Shown here one piece after another: positions 10,656-20,193 of a DNA stretch of 64,000 nt. Numbering within the stretch: the stretch's first letter is position 1; every line of letters starts with the position of its first letter. Made by a program: the position numbers and the translations under genes. Source of the stretch: Cellvibrionaceae bacterium (GTDB taxonomy: Bacteria; Pseudomonadota; Gammaproteobacteria; Pseudomonadales; Cellvibrionaceae); contig JBBDIU010000142.1 in assembly GCA_040880205.1 (NCBI GenBank), positions 2,884 to 66,883 of the forward strand, read 5' to 3'. The notes below the pieces were generated by a model. That model searched no databases. It was not told the DNA's origin and saw nothing but the letters and a program-made list of their open reading frames with translations.

Positions 10656-10889
10656 CTAAATCGGTCGACTTCCGTAACTGGTCGCCGGTTTGCGCGGTGG
10701 GTCCGCCATAACGTTTGGCTCGATCTCGTTGATCCGACCCCCCTCGGATAAATAGGCCTGGATGGCGTCGGAAACTTGATCGCGGATCTGGGAACGCGAA
10801 GTCGGGGTGCGATCCTCTGGCCGATCGTCGCGGCTGCCAAAGAATTCCCGCTCTGTTTGGTCCATGTTGCCAAAGAGTTTGTTCGCCAT
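10656..10889 (-). CDS. sutA: SutA-like RNA polymerase-binding transcription factor
   Basis: C-terminus AYLSEGGRINEIEPNVMADPPRKPATSYGSRPI matches the SutA core and C-tail as I recall them; located between xerC and amtB/glnK. Confidence 0.88.
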   Translation of the reverse strand: MANKLFGNMDQTEREFFGSRDDRPEDRTPTSRSQIRDQVSDAIQAYLSEGGRINEIEPNVMADPPRKPATSYGSRPI

Positions 10890-10989
10890 GCTCTTTTCTC
10901 ACCCTGTAGACTGTTTGGGCTGGCCAGTGCATTTTCGCTACTGGCGTCAAAATTACCGTGTGACGGAAATATTTATAGTTCAGCTGTTT

Positions 10990-11005
10990 TGTGACGTCAG
11001 TCACA
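10990..11005. promoter_or_regulatory. CRP/Vfr-type binding site
   Basis: Perfect TGTGA-N6-TCACA (TGTGA CGTCAG TCACA) in the divergent sutA/DUF523 intergenic region. Confidence 0.7.
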
Positions 11006-11185
11006 ATCCATCGAGTTTTTAGCTTGATTCGGCCTTTACAGGGCGCAACGCATCTAGTTTAGTTATTTAAAACGCCAAAACGACAATATTTTGACGTAAT
11101 CGGACAACAGACAAAAGTATCGATCTGCGTTGTCAAAAAAATGGCGCCAACAAAACAGGTCCCGGCAACAAGGTGGGGAGGATTA

Positions 11186-11884
11186 GTGAATCAGACAACC
11201 AGCCCGGTACTTGGAATAAGCGCCTGCCTCGCCGGTGAAGCCGTGCGCTACGACGCCGGGAACAAACGGCAACCAGTACTGATGGCGCTCCTGACGCCCC
11301 ACCTGCAGTTGCAGCCGTTTTGCCCCGAAGTGGAAGCAAGATTGGGGGTACCACGGCCGCCGGTGGAACTGATTCAAAGCTCCGCCGGTCATGTTCAAGT
11401 GCGCGGGATAGAAGACCCACGGCTGGATGTGACCCAGGCACTGTCGGCCACGGCCGAAAAGTATTGCCGGCAACAGTTAAGCGCCCTGAGCGGTTTTATA
11501 TTTAAGAGCCGCTCTCCCAGCTGTGGTCTGGGTTCGGCGCCGCTAAAGGACACGCGAGGTAGTTTGCTCGACTACCACGATGGATTGTTCGCCAGCCGGC
11601 TCCGACGCGTTGCACCTTGGCTGCCTTGTGTAGAGGAAAGCTGGCTGAAAAGCCCTGAACATTGCTATCGCTTTTTGACCGCGTGCTGGGCTGCCGCCCA
11701 TTACCACCACCAATATACGGGCCACGGTTGGCTGATGGAGTCGCTGGAGCGCGAACTTGCGGCCGATTCAGACGAGTGTGTTTTGCACGCGATTATCGAG
11801 TATTTGCTCACGCCAGCTCCGACGGCTGGAAACACAAAAGCCGCCCAATGGGGACGGCTTTTGGAATATTGGCAAAGTCTATAA
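11186..11884 (+). CDS. DUF523 family protein (2-thiouracil desulfurase-like)
   Basis: GISACLAGEAVRYD, CPEV, LGVPR, KSRSPSCG. GTG start at 11186 with GGAGG RBS. Confidence 0.88.
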   Translation: MNQTTSPVLGISACLAGEAVRYDAGNKRQPVLMALLTPHLQLQPFCPEVEARLGVPRPPVELIQSSAGHVQVRGIEDPRLDVTQALSATAEKYCRQQLSALSGFIFKSRSPSCGLGSAPLKDTRGSLLDYHDGLFASRLRRVAPWLPCVEESWLKSPEHCYRFLTACWAAAHYHHQYTGHGWLMESLERELAADSDECVLHAIIEYLLTPAPTAGNTKAAQWGRLLEYWQSL

Positions 11885-11903
11885 CGCAGGATCCACGCTC
11901 TGG

Positions 11904-12366
<463 letters not shown>

Positions 12367-12438
12367 GTGAAGTGTACACTCAGCTTGCCATTCTGGGCGC
12401 GCCCCGCCTTTACTCGTCACGCTGCATTTGCCACGCGC

Positions 12439-12469
12439 AAAAAAACCCGGCGCTGGTGAGCTGCCGGGC
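12439..12469 (-). terminator. Terminator after amtB
   Basis: Minus strand CCCGGC...GCCGGG hairpin followed by T7. Confidence 0.8.
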
Positions 12470-12525
12470 ACTCGAAGGGTGAGTAGAGGGAACTTCACGG
12501 CTCCATCCCTGGAGTAATATTCCAA

Positions 12526-13797
12526 CTAGGCGGACTTGGTGAATTCCGGATAGGCTTCCATGCCGCATTCGGAAAGGTCGACACCTTCGTATTCTTCCTC
12601 CTCGGAGACTCGGATCCCCATAATGGCCTTGATAATGAGCCAAGTGAACAGGCTGGCTCCGAAGACCCAGACAAAAATGGTCAGAGCACCAACCAACTGA
12701 CCCATGAAAGTGGCACCATCCGCATCGGTAATCAGCACCGCGAAAATTCCCCACAGGCCTACCACACCGTGGACCGAGATGGCACCGACGGGATCGTCGA
12801 TTTTCAGCTTGTCCAAGCCGACAATGCTGAACACTACGATCACCCCGCCCACGGCACCGATAAGCGTCGCGCTTAAGCCGGTGGGATCGGCGGGTTCCGC
12901 GGTAATGGCCACCAGGCCGGCCAGCGCGCCGTTCAATGCCATGGTTAAATCGGCCTTGCCAAACAGCAGCCGCGCCACCAGCAAGGCGGCGATCAAACCA
13001 CCAGCCGCTGCGGCATTGGTGTTGAGGAATACATTGGCAACTTCATTGGCCACATCAATGCCGCCCAGCTTGAGAGTGGAACCACCGTTGAAACCAAACC
13101 AACCGAGCCACAGGATAAAAGTGCCGAGGGTGGCCAGCGGCATGTTGGCGCCCGGAATGGCGTTGATCTCCCCTTTAGGGCCGTACTTGCCTTTCCGTGC
13201 ACCAAGTACCAAGACCCCCGCCAGGGCAGCGGCAGCACCCGCCATGTGGACAATACCGGAGCCAGCGTAATCACTGTAGCTCAACTCGTATAGGCCAAAC
13301 ACGCTGTCACCATTCCAGGTCCAGCTACCTTCAATCGGATAGATGAAGCCCGTCATAACCACGGCAAACACCAGGAAGGCCCACAACTTCATGCGTTCCG
13401 CCACGGCACCGGAGACGATTGACATGGCGGTTGCCACGAACACCACCTGAAAGAAAAAATCGGAGGCACCGGCGTATTCACCCATCTCGGCAAAACCCGC
13501 GTCGTTGGAAGCGGCCAGTATGGCCTCGGCATCGACGCTGGCCACGGTATCCACTCCCGACAGGAACCAACCACCGTCGTACATGAAATTGTAACCGCAG
13601 ATCATGTACATGGTGCTGGCCACGGCAAATAGCGACACGTTTTTGGCCAAAATCTCCGTGGTATTCTTGGAGCGAACCAAGCCCGCCTCCAGCATGGCGA
13701 AGCCGGCGGCCATCCACATTACCAGCGCGCCACACACCAAAAAGTAAAAGGTGTCCATGGCGAACTGCAATTCAAATATTTGGTTTTGTAAATCCAT
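12526..13797 (-). CDS. amtB: Ammonium transporter
   Basis: FFFQVVF, GAVAER, DYAGSGIVH, GWFGFNGGS, DDPVGAISVHG (twin His present). Confidence 0.97.
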   Translation of the reverse strand: MDLQNQIFELQFAMDTFYFLVCGALVMWMAAGFAMLEAGLVRSKNTTEILAKNVSLFAVASTMYMICGYNFMYDGGWFLSGVDTVASVDAEAILAASNDAGFAEMGEYAGASDFFFQVVFVATAMSIVSGAVAERMKLWAFLVFAVVMTGFIYPIEGSWTWNGDSVFGLYELSYSDYAGSGIVHMAGAAAALAGVLVLGARKGKYGPKGEINAIPGANMPLATLGTFILWLGWFGFNGGSTLKLGGIDVANEVANVFLNTNAAAAGGLIAALLVARLLFGKADLTMALNGALAGLVAITAEPADPTGLSATLIGAVGGVIVVFSIVGLDKLKIDDPVGAISVHGVVGLWGIFAVLITDADGATFMGQLVGALTIFVWVFGASLFTWLIIKAIMGIRVSEEEEYEGVDLSECGMEAYPEFTKSA

Positions 13798-13824
13798 AGC
13801 AGTTTCTCCGGAAGAGTTTTTTCG

Positions 13825-14223
<399 letters not shown>

Positions 14224-14259
14224 CTAACGCACTTTGCGCCAGCCCGCTCACATCAGGAC

Positions 14260-14952
14260 TTATTCGATAGGAAGGCTATATGACACGACAAAATGAGCGT
14301 CTTTGTCTGAGGTGTTAAAGGCCGTATCTTCGTCGGCAACCAGTTTGCTAACGGTGAAGCTTAAGTTGTCGTTGTAGTGATAGGTCAAATCCAAATGCGT
14401 CGGATTGTCGTCGAGCCCATCGGGATCGTGCCGGCCAACCAATACCGAGAAATCACCGATATCCGCGCTGATGGTGAAGTAACTGTAATCTTCTCCCAGT
14501 GCGTAGGTACCCGGTTTTGACTCGATGTTATCGTAGTAGGACATACTAACGGGGCCGAACCCTAGCGTCAGAATCGCTTCCACGAAATCGCCCAGGTCGG
14601 TGTCGATCCCAGCCAACTCACCTTCGGGATAGACATAACTGACAACGGATAAATCATAGGAAAAGTCACCTACCGAACCGCCGTAACCCACAATAAGATC
14701 GTATTCCGTACCGGCGAAGTCGTCGCCGCTGGATCCCCATACCGTGCCGTGAAAACCTGCCACGCTAACACCGATATCACCCGACACGACCGCTGAGCCA
14801 AAACCCAGATCGTAGCCGCGCCACAAGTACATGTTGGAAATCCCCACGGAAGCACCAACTTCGACTTCAGCATTGGCGACAGGAGCTAGGGTCGCGGAAG
14901 CGGCAAACGCGGCGGCCGCCATGGAACACGTTAATGTTTTAGATAATTTCAT
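14260..14952 (-). CDS. TorF family putative outer-membrane porin
   Basis: Signal peptide; SNMYLWRG, WGSS, EYDLIVGY beta-strand pattern; upstream of glnK-amtB. Confidence 0.85.
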   Translation of the reverse strand: MKLSKTLTCSMAAAAFAASATLAPVANAEVEVGASVGISNMYLWRGYDLGFGSAVVSGDIGVSVAGFHGTVWGSSGDDFAGTEYDLIVGYGGSVGDFSYDLSVVSYVYPEGELAGIDTDLGDFVEAILTLGFGPVSMSYYDNIESKPGTYALGEDYSYFTISADIGDFSVLVGRHDPDGLDDNPTHLDLTYHYNDNLSFTVSKLVADEDTAFNTSDKDAHFVVSYSLPIE

Positions 14953-15074
14953 TTCTTAATCTCCGAAAAAAATTAATTGCTTATCGTAATTTGCTTACAC
15001 TTTTTCTCGAGCATGCGTCGCGATGGTGCGGTAGCAATAACCAGCTCTTAATGTTAATTTGCGCTTTGTCGCGT

Positions 15075-15090
15075 AGCACACAGTGTGCCA
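15075..15090 (-). promoter_or_regulatory. sigma54 (-24/-12) promoter of the torF-glnK-amtB operon
   Basis: Minus strand TGGCAC-ACTGT-GTGCT (GG-N10-GC). Confidence 0.8.
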
Positions 15091-15165
15091 TTCCGCGAAA
15101 AGCGTTTAATTTCATGCGGTTAAGGTAAAAAACTGCGTTTTTCGAGGTCTGCTGACAAGGCGTAA

Positions 15166-15224
15166 AGCCCCAAATCGGGGCGCACACGCGAGCCTGCACC
15201 ATAAGCGCGCACCAAGAGCGCGCG
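15166..15224. promoter_or_regulatory. NtrC-like enhancer sites
   Basis: AGCCCC-AAATC-GGGGCG (15166-15182), TGCACC-ATAAG-CGCGCA (15195-15211) and CGCACC-AAGAG-CGCGCG (15208-15224), about 75-135 bp upstream of the sigma54 promoter; consensus TGCACC-N5-GGTGCA. Confidence 0.62.
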
Positions 15225-15256
15225 CTTTTCTATGGAACCTGGGATGGATATTGGAA

Positions 15257-15288
15257 GTGAGGAGTGAGCGGTGAGCGGTGAGCGGTGA
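15257..15288. repeat. Heptamer tandem array (GTGAGCG)n
   Basis: GTGAGGA GTGAGCG GTGAGCG GTGAGCG GTGA. Confidence 0.9.
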
Positions 15289-15605
15289 AAGAGATATTAG
15301 TGGTCATTGACAGTTGATTCATGTGAGGGAGGACGAAACCGTTTCACACCACCGGAGGGACTGCCAGCGCCCCAGCTGGGCTGCCGGAACACTGGCACAC
15401 TACACAATATTCATTCACTCAGGTCACGGTATTGGTTCCGAACAGCCAATGGCCGCGAAGCGGGGTTTGCGCGGAGTATTTTCACAACTGGTGGGCATAC
15501 GGTATATGGCCAAGTGTCGCATTCAAATTTGGCCCGCGCTACACTAAGCGGTAACAAAACTTGCTCCCGCAACCAAAACGACCCAAAAGCCAGAGGCATT
15601 ATCCA

Positions 15606-15836
15606 GTGACAAGGCAGCCTTTCGAAGATCTGTTTGACCGCGCCAGTAGCTTTCTCGGGGGTGCTGGCCCGGAGTTGGAGCGGCGGGTAAAATTGATGGT
15701 GCATTCGGCGCTAACCAGAATGGACTTGGTGACCCGGGAAGAATTCGATGCACAAACAAAGGTGCTGCAATACACCCGCGAGCGACTGGAAGCGCTGGAA
15801 CGACAGTTGGCGGAACTGGAAAAAGACAATCAGTAA
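15606..15836 (+). CDS. ubiK: Ubiquinone biosynthesis accessory factor UbiK (YqiC)
   Basis: MDLVTREEFDAQTKVL..TRERLEALE motif; GTG start; upstream of comM. Confidence 0.9.
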   Translation: MTRQPFEDLFDRASSFLGGAGPELERRVKLMVHSALTRMDLVTREEFDAQTKVLQYTRERLEALERQLAELEKDNQ

Positions 15837-15939
15837 TAACTACTAGCGAGAAGGGCTGGCAAGCGCTTTGGGAGTTAAGTAGACCAACTTCCCGCCCAAT
15901 CGGAAACGCATACAACAAGGAATATCAGCAGGAAAGCAT

Positions 15940-17457
15940 ATGTCCCTCGCCATCGTCCATACCCGAGCCCAGGTCGGGGTCGACGCACCACTCGTTACGG
16001 TCGAAGCGCACCTATCCAACGGACTGCCAGGCCTGTCAATTGTCGGCCTCCCCGAAACCGCCGTAAAGGAAAGCAAGGACCGGGTGCGCAGTGCCCTCAT
16101 TAACAGCTATTTCGACTTCCCCGCCCGTCGCATCACCATCAACCTCGCTCCTGCGGATTTACCCAAGGAAGGCGGGCGTTACGATCTGGCCATTGCTCTG
16201 GGAATTTTGGCGGCATCGGAACAAATACCCAAGGCAGCGCTCGCCGACACGGAATTTATAGGGGAACTGGCGCTTTCCGGGGAATTGCGCCAGGTCAATG
16301 GTAGCCTGCCGGTATCCATGGCATGCGCCAATAGCGAGCGCGCCTTGGTGGTTCCACGTGGCAACGGGGATGAGGCAGCGCTGTGCCGGAAGACCCGCGT
16401 TTACCAGGCCGGGTCGTTGCTGGAAGTTTGTGCCCATCTGCACGAGCGGGAAACACTGCCGGTAGCAACCCCCGGCACAACCTCGACGTTCAATGCCTAT
16501 CCGGACTTGTCCGAGGTAAAAGGCCAGGCGACGGCGAAACGGGCCTTGGAAATTGCCGCGGCGGGAGGCCACAATATTCTGTTCTACGGGCCACCGGGCA
16601 CTGGCAAAACAATGCTGGCCAGCCGACTGCCCGGCATTTTGCCGCCCCTTGAAGAAACCGAAGCACTGGAGGCGGCGGCGGTGGCATCGGTCGCCAGTGG
16701 TCGGGTCCCGGACAATTGGTTACAGCGGCCCTTTCGTTCACCCCACCACACGGCCTCGGCCGTCGCCATGGTGGGAGGTGGCAGTAACCCCAAACCCGGC
16801 GAGATTTCCCTGGCACATCGGGGCGTACTGTTTCTCGACGAACTACCGGAATTTCAACGCCAGGTGTTGGAAGTGCTCCGCGAACCACTGGAGTCGGGGG
16901 AAATTTGTATTTCCCGTGCCAATGCCCAGGTAGCCTTTCCCGCGCGCTTTCAGCTGGTTGCCGCCATGAATCCCTGTCCATGCGGCTATTTGGGTGCGGG
17001 GGACGACCGCTGCCACTGCTCGCCGAACCAAATATTGCGCTATCGGCGCCGAATATCCGGTCCCTTGCTGGACCGCTTTGATTTGCACGTGCCAGTAAAC
17101 GCGGTGAATACACGCCGTTTTCAGGAAGCTTCAGAAGGTGAAAGCTCGACCGCCATCCGAGCACGGGTAATGGCCTGCCGCGAACGCCAACGCAGCCGGC
17201 AAGATAAGAGTAATAGTCGCCTCAGTGGCAGGGAGCTGGAAAGAGTCTGTTGGTTGGATGAAGGGCAACAGGAGCTGTTGGAGACGGCGATGGAGAACCT
17301 GGGCCTGTCGGCAAGGGCCTATCATCGTACCCTGCGGGTGGCGCGGACCTTGGCGGATATGGAGGCTGCGCCCGAAGTGAGCACTCGCAACCTGACCGAG
17401 GCGCTTAGCTACCGGACACTGGACCGACGCAAGTCCCCAACCGGCGCCCTGGTGTAA
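15940..17457 (+). CDS. comM: YifB/ComM Mg-chelatase-like AAA+ ATPase
   Basis: IVGLPETAVKES, NLAPADLPKEG, GPPGTGKTML, PFRSPHH, LFLDE, AMNPCPCG. Confidence 0.96.
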   Translation: MSLAIVHTRAQVGVDAPLVTVEAHLSNGLPGLSIVGLPETAVKESKDRVRSALINSYFDFPARRITINLAPADLPKEGGRYDLAIALGILAASEQIPKAALADTEFIGELALSGELRQVNGSLPVSMACANSERALVVPRGNGDEAALCRKTRVYQAGSLLEVCAHLHERETLPVATPGTTSTFNAYPDLSEVKGQATAKRALEIAAAGGHNILFYGPPGTGKTMLASRLPGILPPLEETEALEAAAVASVASGRVPDNWLQRPFRSPHHTASAVAMVGGGSNPKPGEISLAHRGVLFLDELPEFQRQVLEVLREPLESGEICISRANAQVAFPARFQLVAAMNPCPCGYLGAGDDRCHCSPNQILRYRRRISGPLLDRFDLHVPVNAVNTRRFQEASEGESSTAIRARVMACRERQRSRQDKSNSRLSGRELERVCWLDEGQQELLETAMENLGLSARAYHRTLRVARTLADMEAAPEVSTRNLTEALSYRTLDRRKSPTGALV

Positions 17458-17498
17458 AGAGTGGCGATTATTTCGGGAGAGACCCATGCGGCTCCCCT

Positions 17499-17533
17499 AA
17501 AAAAAGGCAAGGTCCCAATGGGGCCTTGCCTTT
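17499..17533 (-). terminator. Terminator between convergent comM and csp
   Basis: GGCAAGG(T/C)CCC stem flanked by A7 and TTT; U-tract on the minus strand. Confidence 0.85.
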
Positions 17534-17598
17534 CCAGCTCAACATGGTGTTGAGACGACCCGCGCCTTGCTCCAGCAACGGGCTATGTTTGTGCGTCG

Positions 17599-17805
17599 TT
17601 AAACGGCGACGATGTTCTCTGCCTGGGGGCCTTTCTGGCCTTGGGTGACAGTGAATTCAACACGCTGGCCTTCAGCCAGTGTTTTGAATCCGTCGCCAGT
17701 AATGGCGCTGAAGTGGGCAAAAACGTCGGGGCCGGAATCCTGCTCGATAAAGCCAAAGCCTTTGGATTCGTTGAACCATTTAACGGTACCGGTAACTGTA
17801 GCCAT
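17599..17805 (-). CDS. Cold-shock protein (CspA family)
   Basis: [15 protein letters not shown] (RNP1), DVFAHF (RNP2), GQKGPQA; ATG at 17805 with AGGA RBS. Confidence 0.97.
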   Translation of the reverse strand: MATVTGTVKWFNESKGFGFIEQDSGPDVFAHFSAITGDGFKTLAEGQRVEFTVTQGQKGPQAENIVAV

Positions 17806-17970
17806 AGTCATATCCTGTTCTTTCAAAAAGTAATGGAAACCTCTGACGAGGTCGAGTTTCAATAACAAATGTGCTGGAAGTTTTGCTGAGACTTACTTAT
17901 GGGGAACCGGACGAAGACTAGGCGTCGAGAGGGTTGTGCATAAACAAGGGCGTACTTTCAAGCTGAGGGC

Positions 17971-17998
17971 AGTATATAGGGGTTTTCCCTGGAGTCAA
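17971..17998 (-). promoter_or_regulatory. sigma70 promoter of csp, giving a 5' UTR of about 160 nt
   Basis: Minus strand TTGACT-N16-TATACT. Confidence 0.7.
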
Positions 17999-18064
17999 AC
18001 AAAATAAACCAGGGGCTAATTGTGTTAACGGCGGAGCCCCCCTGCCGAGGGAGCCCGGTGAACA

Positions 18065-18730
18065 CTACTTCATTTCGTGGACGGCGCTCATGCGCTCGCT
18101 GACGTTACGTCCCCACTGCCGGAACAGGGACGCGAAGTTGTGGCCCTTGTTGAAGTCGGTGTTCTCCTGATACTCCTTCCCGACCTGCTGGGTACCCTCA
18201 AAAAGCGCCAGCAATTCGCCACTGCGCGCATCTCGCAGGGCGGCTTCGAAGGCCAATTCACCATAGCCTTTGGTCGTCACCTGCTCCCCGCGTCGGGCGT
18301 AGGGCGCCAGACTGACGAGCTTGATTTCCAGTTGTAAACTACCGCGGAAGGCTTGATCAACCACGTTGAACTCGCCGCTTTCCTCCAAGCCACTACCCAT
18401 GGCGCTTTGGAAAGCAGCCTTTAGAAACTCTCGATTACCATCGCTCAATTGCCATGTACGAGGATCCGCATCCTCGCCTTCCGCCCACGGCGGGGGAATA
18501 ATCCGGGTATCCTCCAAATCCAGCGATTTTAGTACGAACTGATTGTAGTCGCGCAAATCCACATCGGGACGAATATAAGTGATGCGTAGTTCCTCTGATT
18601 GCATTTGCGGCGCGGATGACAACTGCGCCATGGACAATTGCGCCACACATATTACGCACAGCGCGATAACCGACCGGCCCACCGAGGCGAAAACGGGGCT
18701 GAAGTCAGTTTTACGAGTAGAAGTTTTCAT
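18065..18730 (-). CDS. DUF3313-like exported protein
   Basis: Signal-like N-terminus; YIRPDVDLRDY and LRDARSGELLA motifs. Confidence 0.7.
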   Translation of the reverse strand: MKTSTRKTDFSPVFASVGRSVIALCVICVAQLSMAQLSSAPQMQSEELRITYIRPDVDLRDYNQFVLKSLDLEDTRIIPPPWAEGEDADPRTWQLSDGNREFLKAAFQSAMGSGLEESGEFNVVDQAFRGSLQLEIKLVSLAPYARRGEQVTTKGYGELAFEAALRDARSGELLALFEGTQQVGKEYQENTDFNKGHNFASLFRQWGRNVSERMSAVHEMK

Positions 18731-18883
18731 CGCGGTACTCCCATTAATGGTATTGCGATTTTTTTCTTTGTTAGCAAGGATTGCTAATCTAGCTAATGCT
18801 GAGAACGTTTGTCGCTCAATCAGTTCGCTTTTAGAATGTAAAGCTTTTGCCGTTAACCAAAGTCGGGGCCATTACTTAATGGC

Positions 18884-19837
18884 CTACAATGCGGGGCTCG
18901 ACTGCCTGGATTTTAACACCAAGCACCAAAACCGCGCCTTTAGCCGCTGCAAAATACTGCCCCGCATATCGAGAGTCTTGCGAAAACACTCCTCCGCTTC
19001 CGTAGAACGGTCGGCGAAGTAGTACGCCTTGCCAAGTGAATTGTACTTGCGCTGCATGATGACGTTGAAGCCCCGACCCAGTTCATGCAGCAGCTCGGGG
19101 TTGTTATCCACCATCTCTTCGAGAATTTTTATTTTGGATTGGCGGTTAAACAGCTTGTCCCGAGTCGCATTGTCGGCGTGAATTCGGTAGCAATGCAAAG
19201 GTTGTTTCAAGTAGTAATATTCGTATTCTCGGGTAATTCGCATCCATAATTCGTAGTCTTCACCAATGATGTAGGCGGGATTGAACAGACCACTTGTCTG
19301 AAGGCATTCCCGACGCGTCATGGCGTTGATGGACAAATGGCACTTGCCAGAGATGTAGTCATACAAACTGACTGCACCTTCCTTGGCTTTTTTCCGGTTT
19401 TTTTTGTTGTTGATGATCTGGTCGTTTTCGTCGATAAGTGCCGCGTCGGTGACTACCAGCCCCGCCTTTGGTCGTTGACGAAACACGGCCACCTGTTTTT
19501 CAATTTTTTCTGGCGCCCAGATGTCGTCCGCATCAAGAAAGGTAATATACTCTCCCGTTGAGTTTTCGATGCCCGCGTTGCGCGCCTGGGCCACGCCCCG
19601 ATTATTCGGCAAGAAGAGAGCCTTGATACGACTATCCTTGCGGCCAAACTGCTTGATGATCTCGGCGGAATCGTCAGTGGAACCGTCATCGACGATGAAA
19701 TATTCGATATTCTGATAGGTCTGATTGAGAACGCTTTCTATCGCCCTGGCAATATATTGCCTGCCGTTGTAATTAGCTGTTATGACTGTGACCAATTCCA
19801 ATGTATCACCCGCGTGTATGACAATGCTCTGAACCAT
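18884..19837 (-). CDS. Glycosyltransferase family 2
   Basis: VDDGSTD, ARNAG, FLDADD, GEDYELW; start could be slightly downstream. Confidence 0.93.
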   Translation of the reverse strand: MVQSIVIHAGDTLELVTVITANYNGRQYIARAIESVLNQTYQNIEYFIVDDGSTDDSAEIIKQFGRKDSRIKALFLPNNRGVAQARNAGIENSTGEYITFLDADDIWAPEKIEKQVAVFRQRPKAGLVVTDAALIDENDQIINNKKNRKKAKEGAVSLYDYISGKCHLSINAMTRRECLQTSGLFNPAYIIGEDYELWMRITREYEYYYLKQPLHCYRIHADNATRDKLFNRQSKIKILEEMVDNNPELLHELGRGFNVIMQRKYNSLGKAYYFADRSTEAEECFRKTLDMRGSILQRLKARFWCLVLKSRQSSPAL

Positions 19838-19953
19838 GGCTCCCGCCAGCCCGGGAGTTGCCAGCTAACTTGCTATCATGTCCATCCCGAGCCGGTCTGC
19901 AACCGGTAGCTGGCCGGCCGATGGATCAAAAGCCGTCACGGAACCGGGGACTG

Positions 19954-20071
19954 GCTGATCAGAAAGTAACCCATCATAGGAGCTGCTAGTAGCGCTGGGA
20001 ACGCTCGCGACGGGGAATCTGGTCCGCGTATAATACACGTCCCAAGGCGAGGTGTTAACTTTCGGATCAGC
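19954..20071. mobile_element. Possible MITE remnant (about 118 bp, imperfect terminal inverted repeats)
   Basis: GCTGATCAGAAAGT-AAC at the left end versus GCTGATCCGAAAGTTAAC (reverse complement of the right end). Confidence 0.35.
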
Positions 20072-20193
20072 GGTCGAGCGACAGTCCGCAAGGGCCAGCC
20101 GAACCGGTGCCAGACCACATGTCCGCCGGCCTGCCCCGGGGTCTGCTACAATTGCGGGCCAGTATCCGAAGCATCCACCTGTTGTAGCAGTTT

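Noticed and set aside
15310-15345. Hammerhead-like GACGAAAC
   Set aside because: No CUGANGA core or supporting stems.
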